Position numbers and translations under genes: made by a program. A DNA stretch of 32,000 nt. Source: Raphidiopsis brookii D9. GTDB taxonomy: Bacteria > Cyanobacteriota > Cyanobacteriia > Cyanobacteriales > Nostocaceae. The notes beneath the pieces were generated by a model, which was not told the origin of the DNA, ran no database searches, and saw nothing but the letters and a program-made list of their open reading frames with translations. Below are positions 28,924 to 32,000 of the stretch, in pieces (position 1 is the first letter of the stretch; each line of letters begins with the position of its first letter). Where the stretch lies: positions 35,497 through 67,496 of the forward strand of contig ACYB01000036.1 in the NCBI GenBank assembly GCA_000175855.1, written 5' to 3'.

Positions 28924-31780
28924 ATGGAAATAGGATCTATAGTTAACTGTCGTCAGCGCCAATGGGTGAGCATACCCAGTGAAGACCCGGAAATTAGTTT
29001 ATTAAAACCCTTAAGCGGAAATGAGCAGGAAATAATAGGTATATATAAAAAATTGAATTTGGAAGAACCCACACCAGATAAATTTCCTCAACCCAATCCA
29101 GAATACATAAAAGACCATCAAAGAGCTTGTCTTTTAATGGATGCTACAAGACACTTGCTACGTAGTGGTGCTGGTCCTTTTCGTTGTTTTGGGAGAATTT
29201 CCTTTCGTCCTCGTCCTTATCAAATAGTTCCCCTATTAATGGCCCTGCGACAAGAAACAGTCAGATTATTGATTGCAGATGATGTAGGTATAGGAAAAAC
29301 AATGGAAGCTGGATTAATTGCCCGGGAATTATTAGACCGTGGCGAAATCGAGCGCATTGCAGTTTTATGTCCTCCTCACCTATGTGACCAATGGCAAAGG
29401 GAATTACTGACTAAATTTCATATAAAAGCTACAGTAATCCGCTCAGGAACTGCAAATAAATTAGAGCGAGAAAACCCCACAACCAAATCTATTTTTGAGT
29501 TTCATCGTCATATAATAGTCAGCTTAGACTATGCAAAAATGGAAAAAAGAAAAGCAAGTTTTATTTTGCATTGTCCTGACCTTGTAATTATAGATGAAGC
29601 TCATACTTGTACCATAGCTAATGCGCAAAATAGAAGAGAACAACAAAGATATCAAATAGTATCAGAAATTGCTAAAAACCCTTAACCCATTTATTATTAG
29701 TAACAGCGACCCCCCATAGCGGAATTGAAGAATCCTTTTTATCTCTTTTAGGATTATTAAAACCGGAATTTTCCCAGTATCCCCTAGAAAATCTAACAGA
29801 ATTGCAAAAACAGGACCTAGCCAATCATTTTATTCAACGACGCAGGTCCGACGTAAAACAGTGGTTAGGTAGCCAAACCCCATTTCCAGAGAGAGTTTCA
29901 GAGGAAAAATCCTACAAACTTTCCCCGAATACAAAACTCTTTTTGATGCAGTTTATGATTTTGCCACAGGACTAATTAAAAATACCACCGAAGATATGAC
30001 TTATAATCAGAGGAGAGGTCGGTACTGGTCAGCACTAGCCTTAATTCGTTGTGTAATGTCCTCACCTGCTGCTGCCATAGCTACCTTAGAGCGTAACTCA
30101 GCAAATCTAGATAACCTTGAAGAATCACAGCAAGAAAATGATTATGAAATTGATAATCAACTAATGAGCGCCTATGTTTATGATACCACAGAAGTAGAGC
30201 AATCAGTAGACACTGCGCCCAGTATAGTAATTGAACAGGGGAAACAGAGCTATAAACCAGGGGATAAAAGAAAAATAAAAAGTTTTATTGAAGCTGCGAG
30301 AAAGATAGAAGAGAAGAAAGACCAAAAACTCATTACCTGTTCCATGTACGTGCAGGAGCTATTAGAGAATAATTATAATCCCATAATATGGTGTCGATAT
30401 ATAGCCACAGCCCAATACCTAGCCAAAAACTTGCGAGAAAAACTAGAGAATCAGAATAAAAAAGACGATAACACCAGAGTTATTGCCATAACCGGTAATC
30501 TTTCTGAAGAAGAGAGAGAAATTAGATTAACAGAATTAAAAAACTATAGTCGAAGAGTACTAGTAGCCACAGATTGTTTAAGCGAAGGGATAAACCTACA
30601 AACTCATTTTAGTGCTGCAATCCACTATGATTTACCTTGGAATCCGAACAGATTAGAACAAAGGGAAGGGAGAATTGACCGTTATGGACAGACTGCACCG
30701 ATAGTAAAAAGTTGCTTATTATATGGTAGAGACAATCCAGTGGATGGTGCAGTTTTAGATGTTTTAATTCGTAAAGCAGTAGAGATTCATAAGACCTTAG
30801 GAATTACAGTACCCATTCCCATAGAAAGTGCAAACATTGCAGAAACCATATTTAAATCCCTATTTGACAGAAATAATTATGGGAAACAACTATCATTATT
30901 AGACTTATTAAGTGACGAAGAATCAGGAACCGACAACCTATCAAAACAGTGGGATAGAGCAATAGAAAAAGAGAAAATTAGTAGAACCAGATTTGCACAA
31001 AGAGCCATCAACCCAGGAGAAGTAGAGAGAGAACTATGGGAATTAGACATAGCACTAGGTTCACAAAAAGAAGTAGAGAGATTCATTATAAATGCTTTTT
31101 CCGCCATGAATTGTAGCTTAATTAAAGAGAAAGACACATGGTTATTACCGAAAAAATCATCTGATTTTAAAAACAGATTAAGATTAGAAGAAGAACTAGA
31201 TAGTATTAAGAGAATCAGTTTTAGTGTACAGACAAGAGAAGGGATAGAGTACGTAGATAGGAATCACATTTTAGTTGAGAGAACAGCAACTCATATTTTA
31301 GAGACTGCCTTAGGGGACATGAATCATAGTTTAGCCAGTAGATGTAGCTTTACAATTACTGATATAATTGAGAAGAGAACCACATTATTATTATTAAGAT
31401 TAAGACATTTAATAAAAACTAGAAAAAGGAGCAAGAGAGAAATGATAGAATACCATGAATTTTTAGGAGAAGAATGTCTTCTAATAGGATTTTGTGGTTC
31501 ACCGGAAAACCCTGAATGGTTGGAAGATAGGAAAGCGATAGAATTAATTGAAGGAATAAAAGTAACAGGAATAGGGATTGATCCGAAACAGGAGATAGAA
31601 GACTTTTTAGGAGAATTCAACGAGATAGAGAGAGAACTAGAAAAAATTGCCAACCAGAGAGCGCATAAATTATGGGAAAGTCATCAGAGAGTGAGAAAAA
31701 TTACCAAAGAAATACCTGTAACTGTGGAACCAAGAATCCCCATGGACTTATTAGGAGTGTACATTTTGCATCCTAGCTAG
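28924..31780 (+). pseudogene. SNF2-family helicase (DISARM DrmD-like; ~952 codons), two single-base frameshifts
   Basis: Pieces are 28912/28924-29685, about 29682-29975, and 29996-31780. Motifs are DDVGIGKT, IIDEAH, VTATPHSG, ATDCLSEGINLQ and QREGRIDRYGQ. The frames rejoin at 29674-81 (AKNP|LTHLLLVTATPHSG) and at the C4 run 29923-26 (KLSP|EYKTLFDAVYDFA). Confidence 0.75.
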
Positions 31781-31804
31781 AAAATTAAGAGACCTAGGGA
31801 ATGT

Positions 31805-31972
31805 GTTTACGAAGTACTCCCTACGCGAGATCGCACTTTACCCCCTTCACAATTTTCCCTTGATAACGAACGGTCGGCAAACAAGTAAATGCGCTTGCGA
31901 AGCACTCACTACACGCGTTTACGAAGTACTCCCTACGCGAGATCGCACTTCACCCTCTTCAAAACTACCTAA
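31805..31972 (+). repeat. short dispersed-repeat cluster: a 34-nt perfect direct repeat (31805-31838 and 31917-31950) with diverged tails and a degenerate copy between
   Basis: GTTTACGAAGTACTCCCTACGCGAGATCGCACTT occurs twice, 112 nt apart. GCTTGCGAAGCACTCACTACACGCG at about 31893-31917 is a degenerate version. Confidence 0.7.
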
Positions 31973-32000
31973 ACACTAACAATAACAAAAAGTATAAATA

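Noticed and set aside
1064-31653. Other overlapping or antisense track ORFs (1064-1321, 2823-3068, 3778-4059, 4023-4226, 4260-4520, 4523-4744, 7639-7884, 12134-12334, 15432-15704, 16251-16499, 16894-17160, 18541-18741, 18693-18980, 20948-21154, 22607-22855, 25188-25391, 25543-25725, 26075-26260, 26758-27036, 30877-31137, 31324-31653)
   Set aside because: Each lies inside and opposite to, or out of frame with, a longer ORF that has clear family signatures, and none shows recognisable motifs.
31805-31950. Possible start of a CRISPR array (a 34-nt perfect repeat seen twice)
   Set aside because: There are only two exact copies, 112 nt apart, so the implied spacer is about 78 nt, which is too long. 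The degenerate copy between them breaks periodicity. The repeat also has a diverged relative at 19302-19350 and resembles cyanobacterial short dispersed repeats rather than CRISPR repeats.

Overview
AT-rich cyanobacterial chromosomal segment. The HIP1 octamer GCGATCGC recurs, for example near 6138, 7421, 8621, 11711, 12621, 13763, 13851, 15131, 19296, 19393 and 28281, and the gene content looks Nostocales-like. From 1 to 13.7 kb the window holds mostly core genes: rhodanese, hrcA, a membrane protein, a SAM methyltransferase, hemA, glpX, tadA, a PlsC-type acyltransferase, an S8 peptidase with a P-domain, and bolA-grxD. This part also contains a sulfide/persulfide-handling cluster made of an ArsR-type regulator, an ETHE1-like persulfide dioxygenase, a rhodanese-DUF2892 protein and a TauE exporter. 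From 13.7 to 32 kb the window is an accessory/defence block. It carries two adjacent CARF effector genes (Csx1-like CARF-HEPN and a CARF-RelE/HigB fusion) with no cas10 or CRISPR array in the window, a C-terminally truncated vapBC pair, an FkbM methyltransferase and a Uma2 nuclease with a tandem-repeat tail. It ends in a ~12 kb class-1 DISARM-like island: a divergent SNF2 helicase, a ~1,290-codon N6-adenine methyltransferase, and a DExH helicase fused in one frame to DUF1998 and a Vsr/DUF559-like nuclease, with no PLD gene. This island is the best candidate for an undescribed system variant. Nine genes or gene pieces are interrupted by single-base frameshifts, all in the same direction and all at short homopolymers. 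Six are in the DISARM genes and the other three are in the dioxygenase, the ArsR regulator and the S8 peptidase. I cannot tell from the sequence alone whether these reflect real decay or homopolymer under-calling. I saw no tRNA, rRNA, CRISPR array or transposase.
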